A DNA stretch of 64,000 nt from Entomortierella parvispora E1425 (GCA_020891255.1 BQFW01000004.1:1488001-1552000), one strand, 5' to 3'; shown: positions 50,578 to 62,995, counted from the stretch's first letter. A program made the numbers and translations. The notes: generated from the letters alone by a model not told the origin.

Positions 50578-52461
50578 TTAAGCATCGGACAGCCACGCCT
50601 CCTCCTGGTTCCTAAACGTCTTTAACGCGGGCAGCTGCTCGCGTAAGAAAGAGTTGGCCATACCGTCATGTTGCACCTTTTGGTGGCCATCGAACCCGTG
50701 GCCACCTCCGTGAACACTATTCACGCTGCCAACAAGTCTCTCAAGCGTCTTCCAGTGTTGTACCATCCACTGCAGCTCGCCAAATTCCATCGCTGTTCGT
50801 AGTCTTTCACAGTTCAGTTCTCGGATTCGAGTCAGAGTCGAGAGCAAGCCTAGTCCGCTGTCCAGTTTGAGGTCCAGTTGATACTCTTGCTGCGCTCCAG
50901 ATCCCCTACGGTGAAAGATGTCAGGGTCCGTCATGTCTTGATCGCCATCAAAGTCTATTCCAGCGCGACCCAGGGTTGGGTTTGCTTGCTTGGATCCAGG
51001 CACAACTCCGGCAGACCTTCCACCTCCTGTAGCACCATCGGGCGTCGAGGGGATTTCACCCAGTCGGAGAACTCTTAGCTTTGAGAGAGCAGCCAGTTGA
51101 GAGTAGACAGCTCGATGTCTGGGAAATGCATTCGTAGGCAGCCTATCCATTTGGGCAACACAGACATCGAGTTCCTCCAGATCCAAACAAACCCACCGTC
51201 GATGATCCATGGCCAAAGCGCTCACTGCTGGGGCAGAAAACACTCGAAGTCCTGCGCAGCTCGTCAGTAAGGTCTGAGTGTCTACGATCGTAAGGTTTGG
51301 ACATCTCATTAAATAAAGCTCCCTGATTCGAAGCAGTGCTGTGGGCGTTGCCACGCAGTGCTCTAGCTGGTCTTGCTGTTGGGCCATCAACTGATCGACA
51401 AGCGCGCGGGTCGTCATGGTCCCAAACAAGGTATTGTTCGCCTTGATTCGTATTAGCATTGGAAGCAATTTGATTAAAAATGCGAACTCTGCATCCAGGA
51501 CTTTGGAGTCAGACAAGTCCAGGCTCGTCAAAAGTCGAGTTCGATTCCGTGTTTGGTCCAGGGCTCCGTTCAGCAGGTTGACAAAGCTCACAACTGGCAA
51601 TTTCCCTGAGCGCGACTTCCAGACAAGACTCTCCATTCGAGTGCAGAGTTGGAAGAGCAGCAGTTGTTGCGGATCCTCGTTCGGTACATAGGATCGATCC
51701 AGGACTAGCGTTCGCAGGTTCACAAAGTTGACCGTCTCGGACTTGGGTCGCTCCAGCAGTTTGACGTCGATTAGCTTCAGACTGGTAAGATTCGTGCACA
51801 CCTTTCCAAAAGCCCGACCCTCATAGTCTGATACAATGACCGTGTCCAGCTCCAAGGCTCGTAGGGCGGGCATTTCTCTCAAAATGAACCAGATCTTATC
51901 GATTACCACTGGGTCCTGCATTGCTCTCGTCAAGGGATCGGTTCGGCATATGAAGCTCTTGAGGGTCGCCGTGTTTTGTTCCAGGAGCTGCTTGACCTCT
52001 TCTGTGTATCGGGTCACTTCCAGGTGCTCGAGCTGTGTGCAGCCAGGGAGAAGTTGCTGAAAAAGAGAAATCTCGCCATAGAATCTGAGTCTTCGTACAA
52101 GGCTGGCGTTCCTTTGCATCAACGACACCGCTGGGGATCGTCTCCTTGGGCGTTTCAGCTGCTGCTGCTGCTGTTGTCCGTTGTAATCGTACCCACCACT
52201 GCTACTTAGCTCCACCGTCGCTGCGCCAATTAGATGCGGAGGGAGATGGTCCCTGAAGAGGTTAAAGTCGTGCCAGAGAAGCGGCTCAAAGACAGCTTTC
52301 CAGGCTCGGTCAACTCTCATGCATGCCAAGACTGTCTGTTTGTCCAAGATGTGCACCAAGAAAGGTGCAATCTGGAGAATGGCCTGGCCCAGTTGAGTCC
52401 TGTTCGCCTTACTGGTCTTGATGAGAGACGAAGAGATGTTTCTGGACGGAAAAGTCGACAT
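50578..52461 (-). CDS. F-box/RNI-like leucine-rich-repeat protein (Mortierella-expanded type), single exon
   Basis: F-box-like IAPFL..LDKQTVLACMRVDRAWKAVFEPLLW, followed by repeated LxxLxL units (LEHLEV, LRALEL, LTSLKL, LRTLVL, LEELDV..VYSQLAALSKLRVLRLG). Confidence 0.72.
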   Translation of the reverse strand: MSTFPSRNISSSLIKTSKANRTQLGQAILQIAPFLVHILDKQTVLACMRVDRAWKAVFEPLLWHDFNLFRDHLPPHLIGAATVELSSSGGYDYNGQQQQQQLKRPRRRSPAVSLMQRNASLVRRLRFYGEISLFQQLLPGCTQLEHLEVTRYTEEVKQLLEQNTATLKSFICRTDPLTRAMQDPVVIDKIWFILREMPALRALELDTVIVSDYEGRAFGKVCTNLTSLKLIDVKLLERPKSETVNFVNLRTLVLDRSYVPNEDPQQLLLFQLCTRMESLVWKSRSGKLPVVSFVNLLNGALDQTRNRTRLLTSLDLSDSKVLDAEFAFLIKLLPMLIRIKANNTLFGTMTTRALVDQLMAQQQDQLEHCVATPTALLRIRELYLMRCPNLTIVDTQTLLTSCAGLRVFSAPAVSALAMDHRRWVCLDLEELDVCVAQMDRLPTNAFPRHRAVYSQLAALSKLRVLRLGEIPSTPDGATGGGRSAGVVPGSKQANPTLGRAGIDFDGDQDMTDPDIFHRRGSGAQQEYQLDLKLDSGLGLLSTLTRIRELNCERLRTAMEFGELQWMVQHWKTLERLVGSVNSVHGGGHGFDGHQKVQHDGMANSFLREQLPALKTFRNQEEAWLSDA

Positions 52462-53782
52462 GATACACGCAGTGAATTTCAGCAGAAATGAAAGATTGGC
52501 CGGGATGAACCGAATGCACCCACATGACCTCCAACATGTACATCGTCGGTGGCTGGCTGAACTGCGTGCGCACACGAGAGCAGGGACGATGGACGGGATG
52601 GAAAGGTCTGCGCCAGTGGAGAAATGAGAGACACGCCGCGTTTTTTTTTGTTGTTTTGTCTGTCCCCGTTTCTGTAAAAAGGTGTCCAGCAGGATGGAGA
52701 GAGCGTTCATAGGGTTCACCCCTCGCGTCAAACGGCCCAAGGACAGCAATGGCTTCCTAGGCAGGTTTTCTATCCTCATAGAAACATAGAGGACGCTTCC
52801 TCCACCAATGAAGTATCAAGGCGACTCAGCCCTGACATGCACCAGAATCGCGGTTGTTCGTTGTGCTGGGTGTATTTTTAAATGCAGGAACTGGCCATCT
52901 TGGTGAAGGTGTAAGGACACAGCACGAGCTCACTCAGACTAGAAGTTTTCCATGGGACCTATAACTGGGGGAAGGAGACTCCGTCTGTTCTTCTAGACTG
53001 CAGTCAACAGTCTACCCAATGACAAGGTGTGATCCCCCATTCAGGCACAGTGAACAAACAGCGACGGATTGGCGAGCAATAATAATGACAAGATGAGGCA
53101 AGAACTTTTTCCAAACACTGCTGCTGGGACCAAAAGTACAGAAAAGGGCGCAACGATCTTAGAATTCTACGCTAATCAGGGTCTAACCGCGACAGCGTTT
53201 GATTGCAAAATTGATTTCTCTGGACCCCAGGTCTAATTTAAATATTAGTTGTTGCTTTTTCGTGGACACAACGTCAAGGAAATGCCGAATTAGTTTCGTT
53301 GTTTGGTCACTAACCCGTTCGTTAACTCGCTTGTGTGCATGAGAGCGACTGAGCCAACAAAGAGAAAGCAGCGGAGCAAAAAACAGGGAGAACCCTGGTA
53401 AAGACCCTTATCCGCCCTTTTTTCGTTTCGACAACCATCTTGGTCGTTCATCACCATTGCCGTTGTAACCATTTCCTGGTATAACTACCTTTCTTCTCTT
53501 CTTTCCTAACCCTCAACCCTCTTTCCTCCTTCATTGTATTTTCACCGTCATCCAGCCATTGAAGGTCTACCTTGTCCTTTCCTGTCCTAACTTTCCAGTT
53601 GTAGCATCTCTTTTGTCACCGCACCTCTTCCTGATACCCCTCACCTTGTAACGACTCTCCCCTCCCTTCCCATCATCCCCATCCTCTCTCAACTCTACCT
53701 TTTACCCTGCATCAACACCATTTGTATATAATTTTCCTTCATTTTCGTCCTTTTATTTGTTACGATCAATCTCTTCGACATA

Positions 53783-56350
53783 ATGACTTTCCACAGCCTC
53801 AGCAGCCCTCTCTTGCCATTACAGCAGCCCCCCAAATCAACCCAAAGCAGTTCCAGACCCCTCTCCTACAAACGGGCAGCCCTTGCCCTTGTTGCCATCT
53901 CATCCGCCCTCCTCGTCATCAATACTGTCCACGTTCAATTGACCTCACCTAGCTTGAACAGCTCGTCATCTCCATCCACAGATGGTCACGTACCAACGCC
54001 ACATCCTCTCCACAACTACGAGTACAAGGACCACCCTGAGAAAACGAACGGGGCCCCCGAGAGCCATTCACCGTACGCCGAGCCGGAATATGATGAGGGC
54101 TTTCCAGAAGAGGATTTTACCAATGATACCAGCAACACCGAAGAAGATGGTGATGACGAGGATACCGTCTGGGACTCTACCGAGAGCGAAGGAGAGGAGG
54201 AATCTGAAGAGGATGGTAGTCAAGGCCCTTCCTGGATTCATGATACCACACCCAAACCTCATGTCCGTCCTAGTCCCGTAAGGCCGGGTTCCAAAGAGTT
54301 TAAAGCCCAAGATGTCATCCCAGCTCATTGCCCGGCGGCTTTCCTCTCCACCGAGTCTTCCTTCGACCCTCCTTCATACGCGTCTTCGTCCTCCACTCCA
54401 GTTGCATCGAGTACTTTTGCCTCGTCAGCGTCGGAGCAGGCTCTCCGACCTGATCAAGTGTATTGTCGCCCAATTTTATCTCATTTGCAAGACTACACAC
54501 TAGCCCTTTGTATCTCTTACGACGATTGCAGTCAGGGGTTTATCCAGATCATCCATCGGAATATTTCAACTCTTGAGCCCTTCTTGCGATTTAAGGTTTC
54601 CAAGAACTCGATTCACGACCAGTACTTCCGACAAGTAGCCGGCCCAGATGACTTTTATTTCCTGATCGAGGGAGCACAAAAGCTGGCTTTGAGTGCTCAA
54701 CTGGTCCCCAAAGACTTGATGGTCACTCTCCCAGATACCCCCTCGACAACCACCGCCGAAGCCTCCCTACTAGTTTACAGGGCCAACTTCCGAATGACTC
54801 TGCCGGGTCCTGTCAAGATCTCGGGGTGGCTCACGTATGAGCGATTCCGAGCCACGATGGAGAACCGGCCGGGGACCTGGCCCCAATGGACTCATGAACT
54901 CCTGGTCGACCCTTCCTCGAACACTGAGGCGGCCCCATTCACAGTTTGTCCCAAGTGCGACCTCAGCTTGTTCCTGGATCGACTCAGATCTATCAGAGAG
55001 AGCGAGTTCGAGTCCTGCGATCGGATGGCGCCTACCCGAGGCTCATACTGGCAGGAACACCTGGCCCTAAGAGTGTTTTCGAACCTTGACATCATTAACC
55101 AAGCCCCAGGTGCCGGCGTCAACCTCGACCATGCGATTGAATATGACTATGGTAACCCAACCCAAGTCAACAAGGGTAGCCACGTCGTGAGCAGCGATGG
55201 ACAAGAGCCAAAGTTGACACGGGGCTGGCGCTTTGTCCCTAGTGGCTGCACCATGACCCCAACGGGTCACCTTCCCAACGCTCCATCTCAAGATCCGTAC
55301 AGCACCACCTGTGACTCAATGACTTCCCCTCCATCTGAGATGCGGGGACAGTCCGCATCTTCTGCTCAAGCCCCGCGCCGCCGGATCCTGTTTGCCGGTG
55401 ATTCTCAAGTCCGAACAACCTACAACGCGATCCTGAACCATTATAGACCTGTTGATCCACAACATCAAAAGTTCAACAAGCACGACGAGTTCCTTCCTGG
55501 ACTTGATTCCTTAGATTGGAGCCACAAGATCACGTCTCAAGAGCCTACATCAGCGACCAAGATCCCTCGCTCTAAAGCCGATACTGAGATTGAATTGGTT
55601 TACAGAGCGGACCAATTTCTGGATGATCTCATCGCGTCTTCAGACGAGGATCTGGATCAATACGATACCATCTTTCTCAATCTCGGTCAATGGCCCGCCT
55701 CGGGGCCTGTCGCTGGTGGCCAGTGGAACACAGCCCAACTGACAGACAGATGGGAAGAGGTCGTGGCCCGTTTGAACCGATGGAAAGAATCGCGAAAGGA
55801 GCGGGCTTTGAGGATATCTGACCTTAACAGTTTATCCAAGGTTCGGATTGGCAAAAGCCGGATGACGGGGGATGGTTCGTCGGTCGTGGTCTGGGCAGGT
55901 ATGAATGCCTTTCCTATGAGAACTGATTCCTCCATCAAAGTGAAAGGAGACTGGAGGACGAACGCTCGTTTGGGCTATTGGGATGATTGGATCGAAACGA
56001 TTTCACAACGGGAAGGAGGATGGTTCCGGCGATTGAATGCCTGGCAACTGACCTTTGTAAGTTTATCGATCTTTTTTTTTTTTTTTTTTTTTTTTCCTTC
56101 AAAAGTCTGACCTCCTCCTTCTTCCATTCTCTCACAATAGCCAATGCTGGACCAGATTGTTGACAAGGCCCATTTCCAAGAGACAGACGCCATTGATGCC
56201 CTCAAGATCGAGGCGCTCTACAAGTTGGACCTCTGTTCTCGTGTCGTCTCTGATCCAATCTACAGTAGTCCATCACTCACCGAATCTCGTCGTTCGACTT
56301 CTGAACGGGGACCATCTTCTCCAACTTCAACTGTACCAATACCCATGTAA
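53783..56350 (+). CDS. Type II membrane protein with SGNH/PC-esterase (TBL/Cas1-like) domain
   Basis: N-terminal TM segment AALALVAISSALLVINTV and an acidic stem, then RRILFAGDSQVRTTY (GDS nucleophile). After the intron at ~56058-56140 comes PMLDQIVDKAHF (DxxH). Confidence 0.68.
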
Positions 56351-56466
56351 CCTCACAACGTTACCTTTAACGACATTAAAATGCACCGAAACAAACAGAT
56401 TCTTTTGAAATATTTCTTTCTTTTTTATTTACAATTGCCTGAAATGACAGCAGACCTGACGCACGA

Positions 56467-59457
56467 CTAACCAAAACGACGAACAGCCCCGTAGCGGGAC
56501 GAAGGTGAAGGGATAGCCTGGCCGCCCTCAACAGAAGCCAAATCTGGAGCCTGCCCAGTAAGGTCGCTTCCTCTCCTCGTAGGGTCACTGAGCAGCCGCC
56601 TCCTCTCGTTATCATCGCGAAGGGGTAGCCTCTGACCGTGGGCCCGCCGTTGACGCTCTTGACGTTGTTGTTGAAGTCGCTGATGGTGGTTCAAATGGCG
56701 CCGCCGCTGCCTCTGCAGTGTATCCAATGTATCTCTTCCATTGGAATCGACCTCCTCCTCATCGAAATAATCATCGTCGTCGTCATCGTTTTCTTCATCC
56801 TCATCATCGTCCAAGGGATCTTGTCCGAAACCAAGCCGACACCCTCGAAACAGGTTAATGATCAAAGCCAACAGGAAGCTGAGCGAGAAGAGTCCTTGTA
56901 TCACAGCCTGCAATGGCCCTGCACCCAAAGCTGGGTTCACGGCCATCATCTGAAGAATCATTTGAGCCGTCACGGTCAGTGTGCAGTCCGGAGATCCATC
57001 CAGATGACAGGGGACAATCAGCTCAGGATGCTGACTACAGTCCTTGATGATCTCAAAAGGAGCCAGAGGGTTCTCTGGATTCGGGTACGAGATTTCTGTG
57101 TGATTACACTATGTTTTTTTTTCCAGAAGTTCAAAAGGCCCTGTCAAACCAAACTCACAAAACTGCAACGAGGTGCATACATAGCCAAGAGATAATCTCA
57201 AACTTACATATTTTTGGCTTCCAAACATCGAATAGTCCGGTGCCACAAAGACCGTAAGGGAGTAGCAGAGACCAGCCAGACTAAACATCAATAGCATGGT
57301 TGCAGCGAGTAATCCTTGAGGCTGGGTTGCAGACGCTTTGAACTTGTAGAGATTGATCCACAGAAATCGAATACCCAAGGAGATAATACCCTTGGTCGTG
57401 GCCCAGAACATGTAGAGAACCAGCATGACCATCAATGCGTAATCCAACGGGAAGAGCTAATAGATGTTGGTTGACGTGGGCAATATTTTGAATGAGATAC
57501 CAACCCAGACATCAGCAGGGAAATTATTTGAACAAGCATCGACTGCCCTGCATACCGTAGAGAGTTTTAGAAATGTGTCATTCAAAAGGTTGGGCAGGTC
57601 CGGTCGAGAAGGAAAGTATCCACAGAGCGGCGCTCCACAGATGTGGTTCTCCAGCTGACCAATGCTGGTAACGGTGATCGATTCAATCAATAGCACAGTC
57701 AAGGCGGTCCCCGCCAGGCCCAAAATAACCTATGAGGAAGTAAAGGAATGGCCAGGTGAATCAGACATGTGGTCGGCACCGTTATCCTTCGTCCATTCAT
57801 TCTCTATTTACCTGAAATGGTCGGATGATCCATTGACAATGGTTGAACCAACTATGTTGAGCGCGTTGCACAATTCTTGCTCTATTCTCCAAGAGAACCT
57901 CTTCCTGGGCCAGCTCGCTCATCGTCTCTCGATCTCGGTCAGAGAGCTGACGATAGGCTCCTACATAGCCTGCTCCACCGCTCGCCTGATAGTAGTTCAC
58001 ATGGGGCGACGCCTGTTGCTGTTGTTCCTGCTGGTGTTGGTGAGGCAAAACATGGCGCGGGTACCGGTTCAAAATGGCAATCTGCCGCTCTCTATTTATC
58101 GCCAACGCTGCATGTGTCTCGCCCATGCTAGTTGGAATGGACTTGAGTCCAGCAAGAAGATGCAGGGGCAGAAGTGAAAGTCCAGGTGCCTGGGTAGTTC
58201 AAGACAGAGAAAACGAAAAAATAGGGTTAGTCTCCAAAGCAATGCAGGGGCCATTGAGACCTGACTGCCGTACTCTACCGTGTAAAAGATCAAGACGCCC
58301 ATGCCAGCCAGGGCCATCAGACCTGCAGCAAACCCAAGCCCGACTGACAGTTCTATTCATTGCAAAACACATGCATGGTTGCATTCACAAAAGAAAAAAA
58401 AGGAGCGAAGAAAATCAGTCATCCTTTCCAGAGCCATCGGATGCTTCAGCTCGTACAAACACAAGGTTGAAAGTACAAAATCGTGCTTACCTAGTTGTGG
58501 TGGAAGATCACGAGTCCATTCTTGACCGCGGCCGCCTTTCCAAAGCCTGATGGTGCCATACATGCTATCGCCAATCTCGTCATCAATTGGAGGATCTCGT
58601 CGTCCGCCGTCAATTGCGGGCTGTATCAGCAGGCCGGTCAAGAGCAAGATGGCAGCAACAACAATAAAGTAGACTGTGTACTTGATAGCAGCCATCAAGC
58701 GCTGGCCAATGGTTTGATCCTCGTCCGCCAGCTCCTCAAAGTAAAAGTAAGCGAGCGGGATCCAGACGAGGCAAAAACTGGCAATGAGGCCATAGGCCGC
58801 TTTGGGTCGCAGAAGGAGGAAACAGCACAGGGAAGCATGATCAGCGATAGGACTCTAATCCAATGACAATAACAAGGATAAAGGAGAGGGGTGGGGACAA
58901 AGAGCCAGGGACAGTGAAGTATCATATTCCGAGGGAGGCTGGTAGCGTGATCACTTTTTTTTACTTTTTTTTTTTTTTCTCTTTGGTCCCACAGCCTTTG
59001 TACATCCTTCGCCCTATCTTGACGACGTTCTTACCATAGTAGACAATGCGGACAGATAGTTGCATCTGCTCAATGGCCTCATCTGTGGCCCATGACCGTC
59101 TTTGACCTGTACTCGGATCCATGATCCTTGAGACCAGGTAAATATCGACTGGGAACAGGGCCACAGTCGAAAGACACAGAGTCAAGGCCAGGACTGTCAC
59201 CAGCATTGCAAAAGGTTCCCGGTCCTGCCGGTCCGAGTAATAGATAGTGAAGAAAATGGAGAAGAGAAGGAGCGCCTGTGCAAGCCGTGGTCAAAGGAAT
59301 GTAGAAAAAGTTCGATGAGCTCCATGAAGGAATGTCGTTTTGCAAGAAAAGGAAGGCAACCTTAAAAAACGCGTGTTGTTGGTGGTGGTACTGAACTCAC
59401 AGTGCCCATCAATCCAAAGGAGCCCCAGGCACCAAGGAGAGGCAGAACTCGGTCCAT
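56467..59457 (-). CDS. LMBRD1: LMBR1-family multipass membrane protein (LMBRD1-like lysosomal cobalamin exporter)
   Basis: MDRVLPLLGAWGSFGLMGT|ALLLFSIFFTIYYSD...ALFPVDIYLVS; MAAIKYTVYF; LALAGMGVLIFYT..G....P; DYALMVMLVLYMFWATTKGIISLGIRFLWINLYKFK...QGLL..APDYSMFGSQKY. Confidence 0.85.
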
Positions 59458-59904
59458 TGGCGAGTGTGTGGAGACTGAAGGAGTAAGTTGTTATCAGACA
59501 GCAGGAATCAGACGACGACGGAGGAGGCGTGAGTGCAAGGGAATGGATACCACGACAAGAAGTTAAGGGAAAGAGCCAGAAGAAAGAGAAAAAGAGAAAA
59601 ATTGCGTGTATGCAGAGATCAAGGGGAACTCCGTGCACAGTGACACGGACCCATCTTGTCCTTCAGGCTACTGCCTTGGAGAAGGGGTGGCAACTTGGCA
59701 GCACACAAAGACAAGGAGCGCGATCAAGTACAGAACTCTTATTGCAAAGGAAAGTTGTTTTTCGAACTTTTTTTTATTCAACTGAATTGTCATAATCATA
59801 AACTTGGATTACTTATCTGTAGAAAAGGAAAGGAAACGCACGATTAATAATCGGTTACATCCACTGTCTCTTTTTCTCGGTACTTCAATTGATGTTTGAG
59901 AGGC

Positions 59905-59981
59905 GAGGTCAGGATTATACAATTTGACACCAGTGTTTTTTGTGTTTGGTCTGAATTAGCATGATAAATGCATCATTCCTC
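59905..59981 (-). ncRNA. snR53: Box C/D snoRNA, snR53 homolog (18S Am796-equivalent guide)
   Basis: Terminal stem GAGG/CCTC, C box ATGATGC (59976-59970), D' CAGA (59953-59950), D box CTGA (59912-59909). The guide CATGCTAAT is complementary to 18S AUUAGCAUG, and the D'+5 rule selects the A of yeast Am796 (rRNA sequence recalled). Confidence 0.82.
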
Positions 59982-60258
59982 TTCAATGGGGCAGGCAAGG
60001 AAGGTGAGGAGAGTGTGTCCAGGGAAGGATTAAAGAAATTGATGTTTACCTTTAATATTGATCGGCGGTTACGATCGATGTGGCTGAGGTAGGAATGCTA
60101 AGAAGGCTGAAAAAGAAGAGGATAACAAGAACGGTTAATATCAAACGATATTGAAAATAGTTCTTGATAAGAGTTTTCTGGGGGTTTTTTTGTCTCGATT
60201 CGCTTTGCTCTTCCAGAGAAGGGCAAAGGAAAGGAAGAACAAGAATGTAGTTAAACAT

Positions 60259-60337
60259 GGTATCAGATCCAGAAATATGTGCTAAGCGAATCAACATGGT
60301 TTTTTCTGCCTGGGGCGGCAAAGCAATCATCATTGTG
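60259..60337 (-). ncRNA. snR67: Box C/D snoRNA, snR67/SNORD31 homolog (LSU P-loop Gm2619 / E. coli Gm2251 guide)
   Basis: C box ATGATGA (60333-60327), D' CAGA (60308-60305), D box CTGA (60266-60263). The 11-nt guide TGCCGCCCCAG is complementary to LSU CUGGGGCGGCA, and D'+5 lands on the second G. Confidence 0.87.
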
Positions 60338-60693
60338 TTTTTCTACAAGGAAAAGGGGTAGGAGGGGGACAGCGCGAACATGGCGGTAGACACTTACCAA
60401 AAGAGATGTGTGAAGCAAGGAAGAGATGGTGAAGGGTGAGGGATGAGAGGGAAGGAGGAGGAGGATACAACAGAAAAAAGAAGCGTGTTTATATAACGGA
60501 GCAACGCGTGACCGTTTATTCGGTTGGTGTGTCAGTCACCGTACTCTGATCTATCGCACGCGCTTCAGCCACAGCGCGCGCCGCCAACTTTTGACTCTCG
60601 CGACCAACTCTTCTGATCCCCTCATTCAGGACACAGGCACCACACAGAGGACGACGCAGGACCTGACCGACTTGACCGATTCCGCCATTGACT

Positions 60694-62995
60694 ATGCTTG
60701 GTGAGGATTCTACCTCTGGATGCGACTGAGAAATGATCACGATTGCTCTAGACCATCGTCCTCGTCCATCTAACTCTGTCTCATGCGCTCATTCTAGACG
60801 CGCTCCAACTCCCCCCACACGGGCACATCACCATTGGTGAATCAAACTCTGCCCTGGGTAAGATACATCTTCAGAGAACAATATCCTGGCGCCTTCATCT
60901 ATCTAATATTGCAAAAGGTATACGACTGACAACTGTCTATCTGTTTATCTACAGTTCACGTTGCAGGACCACAGGATCTAAAGCTCAGCGAGTTTATTAA
61001 GAAACATGTAAGGAGCGCGGGATGCATTCTGAATAACAGCAGACGATCATTGGAACTGTACTGATAGCAATAGACCTTCATCGCGTTGGAAAATAGGGTG
61101 AATTGAAGGCTGCATTGACGATGCCATCCAGAAACACGCACATCCCACACCATTCAAAAATCAACTCGGCTGTGGAGGAGTTACTTAAAGAATCCGAGGC
61201 TTCGGGACTGATTCCTCAACCAATTGTGGACAAGATCGAGGAGTTGTTGAAGCAATGGTAAGAGAAGTTGTTTTGAGCCTTTTTTCATATCTAGACATGA
61301 GTTTTGACCGAACCCTTATATCGAATTGCATGCCATAGGGATCTGGACGCCATTTTGGATAGCGCAGGGGCAGTGTGGAAGAAAGCTTGGGATCTCTACA
61401 TCGTAAGGGCCTTTAAACCGTACAGTGAAACTCACCTATCGTAATTATATCTGGGCTAACCTGAAAATTTTCCTCGATTAGAGCTTGTCTGGATCTGTCA
61501 GTTCTATTGTTCACCACGACCGACTTGCAAAACTTCTCATAAGAACTGTGGCATGGCACCCCCACCAACCTTTGGTTGCCATCGCATTGTGGAACAACTC
61601 TGTTTGGGTTTACGACTTATCAGTCGAATCTTGGTACTCGTGCGGATTGTCCCATCCTGCCCAGTCTAGAGTCATGAAGCTGGAGTGGAAACCTATGTCT
61701 GGTGTGGTCCTGGCAATTGCTTGTCTTGAGGGCGTGGCCTTGTGGGATGTCTACAGAGATCACAAACCAAACGGCGCCGATACTGTATGGTCAGTAGCGA
61801 ACCCAGCAAAGGATCGGCCATCAGAACTCCTCAGCGAAACCTTCAACAGACCCACGAGTGCGGCCAATAAGGGAGGCGACACAGCATGGCTTGGACTAGC
61901 TCGTATGGAAGGGCTGAAAGGTGTGGATCAAATCTCTTGGGATCCCAGAGGCGAGCTCTTGGCAATTGGATCCGAGCACTCTTCTACAGTTTTTATTCGA
62001 GAAAATGCAGCTGCGAGGATGACAGAGCTCAGACTCAATAAGCTGCCAACGCCGCCTCATATTGTACGTAGTGTACAGTCTTTGCAGGAGATAGGATCGA
62101 CTATTAAGGCCGCACTCGGAAGTGCCGCTGGCTCACATTCACATGCAACACCAAAACCTTCACACAAAACTGGCCACTATGGCCCAACTGTCTGCTGTTT
62201 AAGGTGGTCCCCTAGTGGCGAACATCTCTTGGTTGGGTATCGGTCAGGAGAAACCAGGATTTATGAGACCGCTACCTGGGAATATGTGTCGCTGAAGAAT
62301 ATGACGGGTGTTCTCAAGACAGCTTGCTGGTCCCCTGACGGCTTCAACCTCATCTTTACACTGGAAGGAGATGACCAGATCAGAGCTATTCATTTTGAAA
62401 AGCGAAGCGGCGACTTGACTTGGATTCCTCTCAACTCACTCAAACTGACTCTTCAGCCGCGAGATATTGAAGCATTCCAAGAGTCCTTCGATCAAAATGG
62501 TATTGAGGTCTTTGGGAGATCCCTTCAGGAGCTCGAGAATTTTGGACCTGTGGAGGAGCTGGCACTGGATCAAAACGGCGAGAGACTGGTGGTACGGTTC
62601 CGGGATACGGATCTTTTAGGCGTGATCCTTGTGCGGCCAACAGGCTCGATGCTTCGCGATCTGGACATTTTCATGCCCATGGGATTTATTCAAGGACCTG
62701 GGTGGAATGGAAAGGAGGTCGTTTCTCCGGCCGATGACGACGATGACGACGATGACGATACCACCGGAAGAGAACCCAAGGCAACGACGATGGCCTTCAC
62801 CAGCCACTTCAAGGGCGGCTCTATGCTGGGCATTGTAAGTCTTAATAGCCTCCCTGGAATTTGACCTGCTTGCCAGAGCTCATATTAACCCCTCTCAACC
62901 ATCGTTCATTTCCTCCACAATAGGCATGGGAGTCTGGTCGAATCAATTTTGTGCCGTTCTACTATCTCTCACAAAAAGACATTGACTCGTATTAG
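60694..62995 (+). CDS. AAAS: Aladin (AAAS) WD40 nucleoporin
   Basis: A 7-nt first exon gives ML|DALQLPPHGHITIGESNSAL; then VAWHPHQPLVAIA, LEWKPMSGVVLAIAC..GVALW, LRWSPSGEHLL, ACWSPDG, WIPLNSL, and final exon AWESGRINFVPFYY. Confidence 0.85.

Larger units (their letters stand above)
59770..60460 (-). ncRNA. Non-coding spliced snoRNA host transcript (ends approximate)
   Basis: Intron 60397-60107 (GTAAGT..TTCAG) contains the snR67-like RNA and intron 60049-59817 (GTAAAC..TACAG) contains the snR53-like RNA. The exons lack a credible ORF; AATAAA lies near 59775. Confidence 0.6.

Noticed and set aside
60052-60333. 93-aa ORF MMIALPPQAEK...
   Set aside because: Its ATG is the C box of the snR67-like snoRNA and it runs through an intron; spurious.
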